From contig CAXXMV010000006.1 of the NCBI GenBank assembly GCA_963662285.2, positions 1,472,001 through 1,536,000 on the forward strand: 64,000 nt of DNA. Reading direction: 5' to 3'. A program made the position numbers and the translations under genes. This DNA comes from a bacterium. Lineage in GTDB: Bacteria > Hinthialibacterota > Hinthialibacteria > Hinthialibacterales > Hinthialibacteraceae. Below, in pieces: positions 19,756 through 30,215 of the stretch (position 1 is its first letter; every line of letters begins with the position of its first letter). The notes beneath the pieces are model-generated. The model was not told the DNA's origin. It saw only the letters and a program-made list of their open reading frames with translations, and ran no database searches.

Positions 19756-19781
19756 AGATTTACCTCATTTTTATATGCAAA

Positions 19782-20294
19782 TCATTCTTCAGCAGGAACA
19801 ACCGGAATCGGCCCCATTTTAGGCATCTTCTCTAATTCTCTGAACAGGTCGGGGAACATATCTTTGGCTAAGATATCATCATCACTTGGTGCGCCGTCTT
19901 TTCCATAACTGCGTAAATCCACTTTGCCGTTCTGGTCGATGCTATAAATCAAACGATGATTCCAGGGATCAAGGAAAACCTTATCGCTCAAAGCATAGGG
20001 ACCTTTCCATTCGCCGGTCGCTTCAAGAATTTCCGGTTTGACGATTAGAGCATCAAGGTTGTTCGTCTCATTGGGGTAAGAGCCTGTATGCAGACGGTAT
20101 AACTCAAGGGAAACCATCACATATAACATTTGCTGTTTGAAAGTCAGACTCTTATCCCCGATCTGAACGCGATAGGAATCGATTGCAGGGCTATTATTAT
20201 TAGATTCTCCACAACCCATGAATATAACGGCAGCTGCCAGAATAATCAGTATTGTTTGAAATGGATTCTTGTTTGATTTAATAAAGTTATTCAT
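19782..20294 (-). CDS. Lipoprotein with a T2SS GspG-type C-terminal domain
   Basis: Lipobox-like IFMGC. LELYRLHTGSYP, LDALI.KP, WKGPY, DPW...Y, SYGKDG..S.DDI. Confidence 0.75.
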   Translation of the reverse strand: MNNFIKSNKNPFQTILIILAAAVIFMGCGESNNNSPAIDSYRVQIGDKSLTFKQQMLYVMVSLELYRLHTGSYPNETNNLDALIVKPEILEATGEWKGPYALSDKVFLDPWNHRLIYSIDQNGKVDLRSYGKDGAPSDDDILAKDMFPDLFRELEKMPKMGPIPVVPAEE

Positions 20295-20330
20295 AGGTAT
20301 TTATAGATTTGAATCAAACTTTGGCCGGGA

Positions 20331-21026
20331 TTATCTATTCTCACGAAGCATGGGATCATTTCTGGCATCGAATATAATGTCTTCTAATTCCTTGCGCGCC
20401 TTATCTTCCTGACCATTCTGGATAAACGATAGCGCTCGCGATGCAATCATCCGGTCGAAGATGCGCTGTCGCGCATGTGGAGAAGGGAAACTCTCAATAA
20501 CCAGCGCCCGCAAGGTTCCAACCAATTCCAGGAAAGTACCATATTCCTCGCCATAAGCCATTTCTAATTCCTGGCGGATGGATGCCGCCAGAGTCGGGCT
20601 GATGCCGGATGTCGAAACCGAGATCGATAATGGACCGCGTTCAACTGAACTGGGGACGATAAAGGTGCATTCTTCAGGAGCATCAACCACATTGCAAAGA
20701 ATATCTTTTGATTTACATAGTTTGGCAATAAGTTTGTTCGTCTCTCTGTCATCGGTTGCCGCTATAACCAGAAACATATCATCTACGTCGGATGGTTTAA
20801 AATTGCGTTCTTTCCAAATAATCTCTTTTTGAAAAGCCATATATTCCAATACAGAATCAAGTTTCGGGCTGGTAACGGTTACTCTGGCGCCGCAATCGCT
20901 TAACGAAGCGACTTTACGCCGGGCTACATCGCCGCCTCCAGCAACCAGAACCGGCTTGTCGGTAACCTTCAAACAGGCTGTATAGTAGGGCTTATACGCC
21001 ATATTCGGCGATTTCATATCAAGCAA
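20331..21026 (-). CDS. Precorrin-2 dehydrogenase/sirohydrochlorin ferrochelatase (SirC/CysG N-terminal type)
   Basis: VAGGGDVARRK, AATDD...N, CNVVDAPE.C.F..PS, ISVSTSGISP.LA. Confidence 0.9.
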   Translation of the reverse strand: MLDMKSPNMAYKPYYTACLKVTDKPVLVAGGGDVARRKVASLSDCGARVTVTSPKLDSVLEYMAFQKEIIWKERNFKPSDVDDMFLVIAATDDRETNKLIAKLCKSKDILCNVVDAPEECTFIVPSSVERGPLSISVSTSGISPTLAASIRQELEMAYGEEYGTFLELVGTLRALVIESFPSPHARQRIFDRMIASRALSFIQNGQEDKARKELEDIIFDARNDPMLRENR

Positions 21027-21104
21027 CCTCCATAAATTACACTATTAGTCATTCTAGCATAATGGAAACAAAATTTCTTATGGTTCAAAGAAAAAAAATC
21101 TTAA

Positions 21105-22880
21105 TTAATTAGTTTGTTTTATTATCCTTACAGACCACTCAGCCATTTTTGGGATCGGGATTTTGGTTCCCGGAAATTCACTTTCAAGCGTATAAGCCTC
21201 AGGGGACGGATTGATTAACAGGTTTATAGATAGATTTTGCTCATGTAGATGTACGAAAATCAACCCGGATTGCATGGAACGAATAATCGATTTTGATTGC
21301 GGACCAGCTAATGTGTACCAACAAAATCTATTCTTGTAATGGACCCGTAACCTTTCACCTTGATTGAATTCTTCATAGTTTGGAATAATTCCTGTTGGAA
21401 ACAAAAGTTGCGCATCGGTATTGGTGAAGGTTAGGACGCCCTCCTCAATTCTTTTAATGATTGCTGAATGAACCTTATCTTTTATCAATTCGATTATCGC
21501 ATCTTCAAAGGGCTGCTTGTGTATAACAACAGTCATGTCATCTGAAAAAACATAGGCCGTTGTTAAATTATCGCTTGGAACAAACAAAACCTCTATTCCA
21601 TCAGTGACGGAGACAACTTTATAAGATGACAATTGGTTTTTATCATTTGCATTGAGCCGTTTGCTGTCATAACCATAACCAATGGTTCGTGTGAACTGGG
21701 GGTGAGCAGGGAAGATAACCGGCGGTTGACCTTTATAAGACCAAGACTGCATTCCTCTGGCGGCGCCGGGGTCCTGCAATATTACCGCCGCCTGATAATT
21801 CTTGCCGACTAGCGCATATTTCGATAGCATAGACTGCTCGTGAATCTCGAAATACGGTTTATAAGGCGTCTCTGGCAATACTTCAGGTTGTTTATGATAT
21901 GCCGCGCCTAACAGGAATGTGCATCCCCCTCCTCCCAGGCTGAAACCGGGCGGCGAATCGAGCAACGATTCGATATAGCGCGTGGCAATTTGAGTGAAAT
22001 CCGCTTCTCGCCGGGAATAATACGATATAGGACCAATCAGTTGAGCGATGCCAGAGCCATTTAACTCTCCGTTATTTTGGTTATCACTGATTAAGGGAAT
22101 GCCCCGGAAATTATAAATTCTGGAAAACCACCTCAAGCAGCCGACAATAGAATCATCTAAATCATTTTGGTCTGTATGAAGCCGATATAAAAACAGATAG
22201 CGTATGAAACTCAACGCCCGGCGTAAACCAATTCCGTTGGGATCAAGGTATTCACCGGACTCTGCGATTAGTGGTTTCAGCCAATCAAAGGCCAGATGCG
22301 CGGCTTGCTGATATTTATCATCGCCGCTCAGGCGCGACGCCAAAGCCATTACGGCGCACCAGGTCATCCCTTTTTCATTCTGCATACGGACCGGGTGAGT
22401 GAATAAGAACTCGATGCGTCCATCCAGAAATGCTCTCAAAGCGGTTTTTTCTGGCTTAGGCAAATATTGAGCAATAAGAACATAAGCATTAATCAAAGGT
22501 TCGGTAAGCAATGATGATTGGTAAGATTCGTTCTCCGCAGAGAGAATTGAGGCCGATTTTTGATCTATCAGAGCAGCGATATTAGAACGGATTTGTTCCA
22601 GGATCACTTCGCTTTTGCGCCATTTGGATGATGGAATGGTATAAGCATAGGCCATTGCGCCCGTCAATTCAGAGCGCCGTAATGCTTTTAGTTGATCAGT
22701 AGATGCATCAATTGTTTTTAATAATTCCTCAATATCACGGTCCAGCATAGCGACGTACAGTTTGGCGATTTGGCTGTCCTGCACCGTAATTTGTATAGTT
22801 GAGGCGTCTTCAGCGTAAATTGGATTAGTTGTGGCGAATAAGGCTAAGGTTATTAAAAATGAATGGATTAATAATTTCAT
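21105..22880 (-). CDS. Secreted hypothetical protein (helical N-half, beta-rich C-half)
   Basis: 591-aa ORF with a signal peptide and no motif I recognise. Confidence 0.6.
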   Translation of the reverse strand: MKLLIHSFLITLALFATTNPIYAEDASTIQITVQDSQIAKLYVAMLDRDIEELLKTIDASTDQLKALRRSELTGAMAYAYTIPSSKWRKSEVILEQIRSNIAALIDQKSASILSAENESYQSSLLTEPLINAYVLIAQYLPKPEKTALRAFLDGRIEFLFTHPVRMQNEKGMTWCAVMALASRLSGDDKYQQAAHLAFDWLKPLIAESGEYLDPNGIGLRRALSFIRYLFLYRLHTDQNDLDDSIVGCLRWFSRIYNFRGIPLISDNQNNGELNGSGIAQLIGPISYYSRREADFTQIATRYIESLLDSPPGFSLGGGGCTFLLGAAYHKQPEVLPETPYKPYFEIHEQSMLSKYALVGKNYQAAVILQDPGAARGMQSWSYKGQPPVIFPAHPQFTRTIGYGYDSKRLNANDKNQLSSYKVVSVTDGIEVLFVPSDNLTTAYVFSDDMTVVIHKQPFEDAIIELIKDKVHSAIIKRIEEGVLTFTNTDAQLLFPTGIIPNYEEFNQGERLRVHYKNRFCWYTLAGPQSKSIIRSMQSGLIFVHLHEQNLSINLLINPSPEAYTLESEFPGTKIPIPKMAEWSVRIIKQTN

Positions 22881-23197
22881 GATCCTCTTATTATGCTCCA
22901 GGATTAAATACCTTTTAAGATATACATTACCAATAAACTTTGAGCAACTGCTATATCGCTTTTCCTTTTCAATTGATTCTTATATCATAGTTATGGTTCT
23001 AATACCATAGTTGCATGTAGAGCGATACTCAATATGACGTGTTTCAATGTGATTTCAATACGCATATTGTTTGTTTAATAGTTATACTATTTTTGCCAAC
23101 AATTAATTCCGGGCGTCAATGTCCCCTCTCCCCGCGGGTGAGGGTAAGGGCTAAGTTAATATTACCCATGATCAAACGAGTTGGAAAGATATAACCA

Positions 23198-25681
23198 ATG
23201 CGCAACGTTTCTCTATATTTATCAATCGGTTTGGCTGTTTTATTATCTTCATGTGGAGCAAAACAGGATAATTCTTCAAAATCAGTGCTGCATCTTTTCT
23301 CTGATGCGGAACTGGTTGAAGCGCAAGGCGCGCTTCAATATCCTGAAGACAATAAACCACTGCCTTCCATGTTAACCTATCCACACGACTCCGCATTATG
23401 GATGACCGATTGGCAGGGTAAGCAGGCGCTGCGTTTTGAAAGCAATGAATCCGGTGATTTGCGTGGTACGCTTTATTCGTTTCATAAACCACTCGAAAAG
23501 AACTTTGAGGTCTGTTTAAGCAGCTGGATGGATATTTCACGTCCAGAATCATGGAATGGCATTGTATTTTGGATGGGTGATAACATCAAACGCGCGGTCG
23601 GCGTCAGATGGAAAACCATTGGAGTTAAAAATGAAATATCTGTTCAGGTATTCAATTATCTATTCCCTCATGTTAATCCATTGCTGAAGCGTTCATTGCC
23701 CATTAATGATTCACATTGGGCTGATATCAAACTCAGCGTTCAAGACAATAAAATATCTTTCACCATTGACGATCAGCAACCAGTCACTTTCCAGGCAAAA
23801 GAAGAATGGTATTTAGGCGATACATTTGGATTATTCCAGGGCCTAGGAACGGGATTCTTCGCTGATTTAGTCGCTTCAATGGGAAACAACCAGTATCAAT
23901 TTGGCGATCTCTTCAAAAATTGGAACAACGAGATGGCCAAAACCACCCGCAAAATCCTGCTTGAAAAAACTGCAATCCCCGACGATTTCGTCGGTAAGGA
24001 TATTCAGGTGCGTAGGCTCGCTATCGCGGATGACTGGCGTACTACCGTTCCAGTGCATTGTCCCAGCCAATTGGTTTACAAAGTATCTGTTCCTGCAAAC
24101 GCTGTATTGCATTCAGCCTTTGGCATTCTGCCGCCTTTTTCGCTGGTTTCGACCGCAGCTGAATTTCAAATAATCGCCAGGACATCCAATAATAAGGAGA
24201 AAATACTTGCTTCTAAAGTAATAACTCCGGTAAATGAACCGCTAAGTTCTTTCCGGTTCCATGATTATCATTTATCGCTGGCTGAGTATGCCGGAAGCGA
24301 AATTGATCTGATATTCAAACTTGACAGACTGAGCGGGGAAGAGCCGCTGATCGCCTGTTGGGCTGAACCCGTCATCGGCGTTTCTAAACCCGAAAAGAAG
24401 AAGACCAATGTCCTGTTGGTTCTGCTCGATACTCTCCGGGCGGATCGCGTTGGAGCCTACGGTAATCAGAGCGGCCTGACGCCATACATTGATCAATTGG
24501 CTCTAAACGGTTCGACCTTCCTTCAGACTGTATCGCAGGCGCCTTGGACTACCCCGTCACACGCCTCTTTCTTTACTGGTCTCTACCCGTCCGAAACCGG
24601 CTGCGGTAATCCCGGAAGCAAGGGAAACCGCTTGCAGGAATCCTATCTAACCTGGGCTGAACGTCTCCAGCAAACCGGCTATAGCACCGCCGCCTTCACC
24701 TCTGGAATCGCCGTGCGCGGCGACCTGGGCTTTAACCAGGGTTTCGACCGCTATTATGATATGATGTACGACAGTTCATATAGTTACGAAGCAGTTCATC
24801 AACGCGCCTGTGAATGGTGGGACGCGCATCAGGGCGAGCCGTTCTTCCTGTTTTTACATACTTACGCCGTACATTTTCCCTACAAGCATCATCAGTTCCT
24901 GGAATACCGCAATATCGCCCGGACATGGGATGATCAAAAAATACTGGATGATGATTCGTATGATGGCGGCGTGCGCTATGCTGATGAATGGACTGGTTCC
25001 ATTATTCGCGAGTTAAAGCAGAGAAAGCTCTTCGATTCAACTTTGATCATCATCGCTTCCGACCACGGTGAAGACCTTGGCGAACGGGGCATGCCCCGGC
25101 CATCGCGGCATGGGCATACGCTTTATGATGAACTATTGCAGGTTCCCTTGATTTTTCATCTCCCCGGCAGCATACCTCAGGGCAAGAAAATCAATCAGCA
25201 AGTGCGTTTGCTTGATATGATGCCCACCGTCTTGGATGTATTGGGGCTGGAACAACCTGTTATCCAACGCGGCAAGACTCTGTTGCCTCTTATGAACGGT
25301 AAAAAAGAGATTGATAGATTTTCCTATAGTGAGGGAATGACCTACGGTACGGATCAAAAAGCGGTACGAACCGAAACATTCAAATACATCTTCGCGCCGG
25401 ATATTAATAAAAAACTGGATAACTCACCTACTGGATACCCCATGCCCGTACCTGCGCCTATCCAGTTATACGACTTAAAAGCTGATCCCGCAGAAACCAA
25501 TAATATTGCCGCTCAACAACCCAAACACCTACAAGATATGCAAGCCATATATCAGTATATTCAAAGTGAATCACTATCCCCGGAATTCTTCACCAGCGGC
25601 GATACCACGCTTGAACCTCCCGCTATTCCCGCTGATATACAGGAACAGATGGAAAAACTTGGATATGCAGCGAAGAACTAG
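23198..25681 (+). CDS. Sulfatase-like/alkaline-phosphatase-superfamily lipoprotein
   Basis: LLSSC lipobox, NVLLVLLDTLRADR, WTTPSHASFFTG, SDHGE, HGHTLY.E...VPL, LYDL..DP.ET.N. Confidence 0.85.
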   Translation: MRNVSLYLSIGLAVLLSSCGAKQDNSSKSVLHLFSDAELVEAQGALQYPEDNKPLPSMLTYPHDSALWMTDWQGKQALRFESNESGDLRGTLYSFHKPLEKNFEVCLSSWMDISRPESWNGIVFWMGDNIKRAVGVRWKTIGVKNEISVQVFNYLFPHVNPLLKRSLPINDSHWADIKLSVQDNKISFTIDDQQPVTFQAKEEWYLGDTFGLFQGLGTGFFADLVASMGNNQYQFGDLFKNWNNEMAKTTRKILLEKTAIPDDFVGKDIQVRRLAIADDWRTTVPVHCPSQLVYKVSVPANAVLHSAFGILPPFSLVSTAAEFQIIARTSNNKEKILASKVITPVNEPLSSFRFHDYHLSLAEYAGSEIDLIFKLDRLSGEEPLIACWAEPVIGVSKPEKKKTNVLLVLLDTLRADRVGAYGNQSGLTPYIDQLALNGSTFLQTVSQAPWTTPSHASFFTGLYPSETGCGNPGSKGNRLQESYLTWAERLQQTGYSTAAFTSGIAVRGDLGFNQGFDRYYDMMYDSSYSYEAVHQRACEWWDAHQGEPFFLFLHTYAVHFPYKHHQFLEYRNIARTWDDQKILDDDSYDGGVRYADEWTGSIIRELKQRKLFDSTLIIIASDHGEDLGERGMPRPSRHGHTLYDELLQVPLIFHLPGSIPQGKKINQQVRLLDMMPTVLDVLGLEQPVIQRGKTLLPLMNGKKEIDRFSYSEGMTYGTDQKAVRTETFKYIFAPDINKKLDNSPTGYPMPVPAPIQLYDLKADPAETNNIAAQQPKHLQDMQAIYQYIQSESLSPEFFTSGDTTLEPPAIPADIQEQMEKLGYAAKN

Positions 25682-25932
25682 GGATTATGTTGATAGTTTG
25701 GATTAGGTTAGCGTTGGTAAGTTGTAGTTTTTGTGTGGAGTATAGATTTTTCTTATATAGAGTGTGAGAACACTCTTTCTTTTAATTAATTCTACTGAAG
25801 AATATCTTCACAAATAAGATAATATCGCTTTATATCTACTAGAATCTGTGATAGGATTTTTTCGTTCGACGATATCTTATTAAAAATCAATTGATTATTA
25901 TCACTTATTCCGCAATTTAGGAAGACACTATA

Positions 25933-27318
25933 ATGAAAATTTTATTTCGTTCGATTCTATTACTATGCCTGATTACTAGCGCTGCTTCACCCGATGATCT
26001 TAAAACTCAGGTTGATCAGTATTTTCGTCCTCTTCTGGAATGGAAGCCTAAATGCGCATTGGTAATTGGAGTCGTCGAAAACGGTAATCAGCATGTTTTT
26101 AGTTACGGGCAAATGTCCCATGATAATCCCCAAAAACCGGATGGTGATACGGTCTTCGAGATTGGTTCGATTACGAAAGTTTTTACTGCAATTCTACTTT
26201 CTGATATGGTGCTCAAGGGTGAGGTAAATCTGGAGGATTCCATTAAAAAATATCTACCTGATTCAGTAACAATGCCAAATTGGAAAGCGCGGGATATTAC
26301 TTTGCATGATTTGGTATGTCATATTTCGGGTTTGCCTGGACTACCTAGTAATATGAAACAAGAAGATGCTGTAAATCCTTTCGCCAATTATTCTGTGGAG
26401 AATTTATATGAATTTCTCAATCAAGTAGAATGTAAAACAGAACCTGGAACAAAATATGCCTATTCAGAAAGTGGATTTGGTTTACTGGGGCATTTGTTAG
26501 AGAGGATAAGCAATTCTAACTATGAGACCCTCTTGGCATCACGATTGACTAAACCATTGGGTATGAAAGATACTGTAATAACTTTCAATTCGGATATACG
26601 CTCAAGAGTGGCTCAAGGTTATGAAAGAGATGATACTCCTATAAAGAACTGGGATTTAGCAGAGGCCCTTGTGGGAGCGGGTGCGATACGATCCACCGTC
26701 AATGACATTATGATATTTCTCCGCGCCAATATGGAAATTGATCAAACAAGCCTAACACCGGCCATGAAATTCTCGCATCAAGCCCACCTTCCGAAGGATA
26801 AACAAGTGAATCAGAGTATTTGTCTTGGTTGGCATATTTCTTACGGTGGCAATTATAGAACTCCCTTTATTAGTAAGGGTGGAGAAACGGGTGGCTATCG
26901 CGGATTCCTAGGATTTAATAAAGAAAAACAAATTGGAGTGGTAGCAATGATTAATTACAGCGTTTGGCAAATGGAAAGTGGAGTTAAACATTTAATGAGC
27001 GTCCTTTCGGGTTCGGAAGCATATATGGATATGCCAGAAAAAACCCAAAAAATATCAGTTGCTCCCTCCATATTAGATGCTTATGTCGGCCAATATGAAC
27101 TACCAGGCAAAGTAATAGTACTAATCACGAAATTTAATAATCGTTTATATGTTCGAACTGCGGGAGGAGAAATAATGCCAGCTTTTCCTGTTTCGGAAAC
27201 TGTGTTTTTTGCTAAGAGATTTCAGGCGGAAATTACGTTTTGTAAAAACGATCAAGGAAAGGTTACGCATTTTCTTTTGCATCAAGGTCTAGATCATAAA
27301 GCAATGAAAATCAAATAA
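25933..27318 (+). CDS. Serine hydrolase, beta-lactamase class C-like, with a DUF3471-like C-terminus
   Basis: FEIGSITK (SxxK), YAYSE, KGG.TGG, C-terminal LDAYVGQY. Confidence 0.88.
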   Translation: MKILFRSILLLCLITSAASPDDLKTQVDQYFRPLLEWKPKCALVIGVVENGNQHVFSYGQMSHDNPQKPDGDTVFEIGSITKVFTAILLSDMVLKGEVNLEDSIKKYLPDSVTMPNWKARDITLHDLVCHISGLPGLPSNMKQEDAVNPFANYSVENLYEFLNQVECKTEPGTKYAYSESGFGLLGHLLERISNSNYETLLASRLTKPLGMKDTVITFNSDIRSRVAQGYERDDTPIKNWDLAEALVGAGAIRSTVNDIMIFLRANMEIDQTSLTPAMKFSHQAHLPKDKQVNQSICLGWHISYGGNYRTPFISKGGETGGYRGFLGFNKEKQIGVVAMINYSVWQMESGVKHLMSVLSGSEAYMDMPEKTQKISVAPSILDAYVGQYELPGKVIVLITKFNNRLYVRTAGGEIMPAFPVSETVFFAKRFQAEITFCKNDQGKVTHFLLHQGLDHKAMKIK

Positions 27319-27475
27319 CATTGTTCCTGACTCATACAGCCAATACAAATTCCATAATATTAGGAATAACATACAGTCTAGGAATATCAATTTTTGCAAT
27401 TACTTAATCATAAAAAATCCTGAATATCCCACCCATCCTGGATATCCAGATTCAGACAAAATAACCAAAAGCCAC

Positions 27476-28975
27476 CTATTGCTTTTCCACATCCCGTTCA
27501 AAGATAAAAAACCATCCATAATAGCTCTCTCCAAACGAAACGCGCTGCGGCGGTTTGAAATTCTCATCCAGCCATTCACGCATGGGTGTCATCAGGGGAT
27601 CATCCATTATCTGGCGGATATATTTGTCATAGGCCACTACGCAGCCGATGGGCAGCGTCTTCCAATACTCAACCGTCCGCTGCATATCATCAGGCGTCAT
27701 ATAGCCGCGTCCTGCGATAGTCATGAAAAATGGCATACGCGTCATGCGTTCGCCTTGAAACGCGGGGGGAATCTCTTTATCAGTCCAGACATAAAGCGCT
27801 GGATTGGTAAGATTTAGCAGATATGGTTCATCGCAAAAACGTTTAGCGTGTTTGGCCAGATTGCTCTCATCGGTCAGAGATATCCCTGGATAGAACCAAT
27901 CGTTTTTAGGCCAACCAGCCATTGATGCAAGAATAAAAACACCTATACCTATCCAGTTAACCAGTGTTTTCTTTTCAAAGCGCTGAGTAATTTGATCCAG
28001 CAGCCATGCAGCGAAGGCGCCCGCCAACAATGCCGTCGGCGCCGCGCAAACCAGGAAATAATGACGCCATAGGTGAGTCGGGATGATAATATTCCCTAGC
28101 AAAACGGTAATAAACAATATCCATACAAAGCCAATCGTTTTATATTGCTTACCCTTCAGTAACATCAGGGAACCGAGGGGTAGAATCCATAAAACCGGGG
28201 CGAGATTTACGATTGATTTCCATTCATGCCAGCGGAAAATCATGGTGTGATGCGTGAAAGCTCCAGCCATCAGGTGGTGAGCCGTCCAGATATCGAACCA
28301 CATGGCAGGCAACGCGCCCAGTATGAGCATAGTAATCAGGAAAGGCGCCATGATCAACATGATTCCTACAATCCACGTCAAGCCATCTTTGATGAATCTG
28401 TCAAGAGATTTTTCTTGACAGAAGATAAGCCATGCTGCAATAGCCGGGGGAATCACGAAAATGGCAGTCTGTTTGGATAGGGCGTATAAGCCCAGCACGA
28501 CCCCAGACAGTAGTATGCGTTTAGTATTATTGCGGATTAATCCTGTTATCAGCAGCCAATAGACTATCGTTTCAAACCAGGGCGCCCAGGTTGAAGTATG
28601 CAGGTATTTAGCCCAGATGCAGGTGAACGGTTCGAGGGTTAGAATCAGCAATGCCGCCCAGGCCGCTTTTTCTCCCAGAAGTTCCTTGCTTAAAAGCCAG
28701 AGCGCTAATAGTCCAATTAAGCTAAATAGAACCATTGCCAAGCGCATGGGGATTATAGGTGCGTCTCCCACCAGGAAGAACAGGGCGGCTATTATAGGCG
28801 CCAGGGGAGTCTTGTTGAATTGGGTGTCGCGGTAGATTACATAACCATCGGCCAGTTGTTTGCCTTCCGCCCAATAGACTCCCTCATCGACGTTGGTGCC
28901 GCACCAGACAGTGGCCAGGCGGATGATGGCCGCGATTATTAAGATTGCAATTAAGTATCGGTTGTTTTTGGACAT
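27476..28975 (-). CDS. ArnT/PMT-like (GT-C) integral membrane glycosyltransferase
   Basis: DEGVY, G.V.YRD...NKTP, LSKQ, multiple TM helices. Confidence 0.8.
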   Translation of the reverse strand: MSKNNRYLIAILIIAAIIRLATVWCGTNVDEGVYWAEGKQLADGYVIYRDTQFNKTPLAPIIAALFFLVGDAPIIPMRLAMVLFSLIGLLALWLLSKELLGEKAAWAALLILTLEPFTCIWAKYLHTSTWAPWFETIVYWLLITGLIRNNTKRILLSGVVLGLYALSKQTAIFVIPPAIAAWLIFCQEKSLDRFIKDGLTWIVGIMLIMAPFLITMLILGALPAMWFDIWTAHHLMAGAFTHHTMIFRWHEWKSIVNLAPVLWILPLGSLMLLKGKQYKTIGFVWILFITVLLGNIIIPTHLWRHYFLVCAAPTALLAGAFAAWLLDQITQRFEKKTLVNWIGIGVFILASMAGWPKNDWFYPGISLTDESNLAKHAKRFCDEPYLLNLTNPALYVWTDKEIPPAFQGERMTRMPFFMTIAGRGYMTPDDMQRTVEYWKTLPIGCVVAYDKYIRQIMDDPLMTPMREWLDENFKPPQRVSFGESYYGWFFIFERDVEKQ

Positions 28976-28979
28976 AAGG

Positions 28980-30032
28980 CTAAGCGTTCATCAATGCGCT
29001 TTGGATATCAGAAGGCTCTAGATCATAAATCGATTCGGGAATTGCGTCATTAAACTTATTGTCAAAGATATGACAGGCCACTTGCCGGTTCCCGATCTGC
29101 ATCAACTGTGGTTCATGCTTGTCGCAGGGATCGAAGCAAAAATGGCAGCGCGGGTGGAAGCGGCAACCCGAAGGTGGATCGATAGGATCGGGTACGTCTC
29201 CCTCCAGTAGTATGCGTTTTCTCTTCTCTTCAGGATCGGGAATCGGGGCCGCTTCGAGCAATGCGCGGGTATAGGGATGCAATGGTTTAGTATAGAGGAT
29301 TTCGGTTTCAGCCAGTTCAACGATCTTACCCAGGTACATGATGGCCACGCGGTCGCTGATATGACGAACCACGGAAAGGTCGTGGGCGATAAACAGATAA
29401 CTGAGACCCAATTGGTCTTTCAAATCCATCATCAGATTAACGATCTGCGCCTGGATCGAAACATCCAACGCCGAGACCGCTTCATCGGCCACAATCAATT
29501 CCGGTTCAACCGTCAGAGCGCGGGCGATGCCTATTCTCTGCCGTTGGCCGCCGGAAAATTCATGGGGATAACGGTTCAGGTGTTCTTCCAGCAGCCCGAC
29601 TTTTTTCATTAAATCGATGCATCTTTCACGTAAATCCGCCTTGGTTAGCGCTAATTTGAATATTTTAATCGGTTCGCTCAAAGCGCTGCCCACTTTTAAG
29701 CGGGGATTGAGCGACGAGTATGGGTCCTGGAAGATAATCTGCATCTGCTTGCGGTAGGGTCGCATCTCTTTATTGGATAGATCAAGCAGGTTGGGAGAAT
29801 CCTTAAAATAGACTTCTCCTGAGGTCGCATCCAAAAGGTTGAGGATCATGCGCCCGACCGTGGTCTTACCGCATCCGCTTTCGCCCGCCAGACCCAGCGT
29901 TTCGCCTTTATGAATAACCAGATCGACGCCGTCAACCGCTTTTACATGATTGACGATTCTTCCGAGAACGCCTTTTTTGATCGGAAAATGCTTGACTAGA
30001 TTTTTAACCCTAAGTAATGGTTCCAATTTCAC
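28980..30032 (-). CDS. Oligopeptide/dipeptide ABC transporter ATP-binding subunit (OppF/AppF type)
   Basis: [44 protein letters not shown]. Confidence 0.93.
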   Translation of the reverse strand: MKLEPLLRVKNLVKHFPIKKGVLGRIVNHVKAVDGVDLVIHKGETLGLAGESGCGKTTVGRMILNLLDATSGEVYFKDSPNLLDLSNKEMRPYRKQMQIIFQDPYSSLNPRLKVGSALSEPIKIFKLALTKADLRERCIDLMKKVGLLEEHLNRYPHEFSGGQRQRIGIARALTVEPELIVADEAVSALDVSIQAQIVNLMMDLKDQLGLSYLFIAHDLSVVRHISDRVAIMYLGKIVELAETEILYTKPLHPYTRALLEAAPIPDPEEKRKRILLEGDVPDPIDPPSGCRFHPRCHFCFDPCDKHEPQLMQIGNRQVACHIFDNKFNDAIPESIYDLEPSDIQSALMNA

Positions 30033-30215
30033 TATTGATATCCTGTTTTTCTGAGCTAACGGCTATAATTACTACTCGATAATAAAGAGAGAACAGCAAA
30101 ACGAAAAGGGATCGTTTCCAGTCAGTCTCTCATCTACAGCGCCTTATTGAGCGATTCCTTTATTCAATGTAGTATAACCCTCTCAGCAATCCCAATCAGG
30201 AGAACCATATAACCG

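Noticed and set aside
25933-27318. True beta-lactamase resistance gene
   Set aside because: It has only the generic serine-hydrolase fold (YSE instead of YxN, plus an extra C-terminal domain), so substrate cannot be assigned.
27417-27460. ATCCTG..ATCC(A/T)GATTC(A/T)GACAAAA motif also seen near 36826-36845
   Set aside because: There are only two short, imperfect copies. It may be a further repeat family but is too weak to call.
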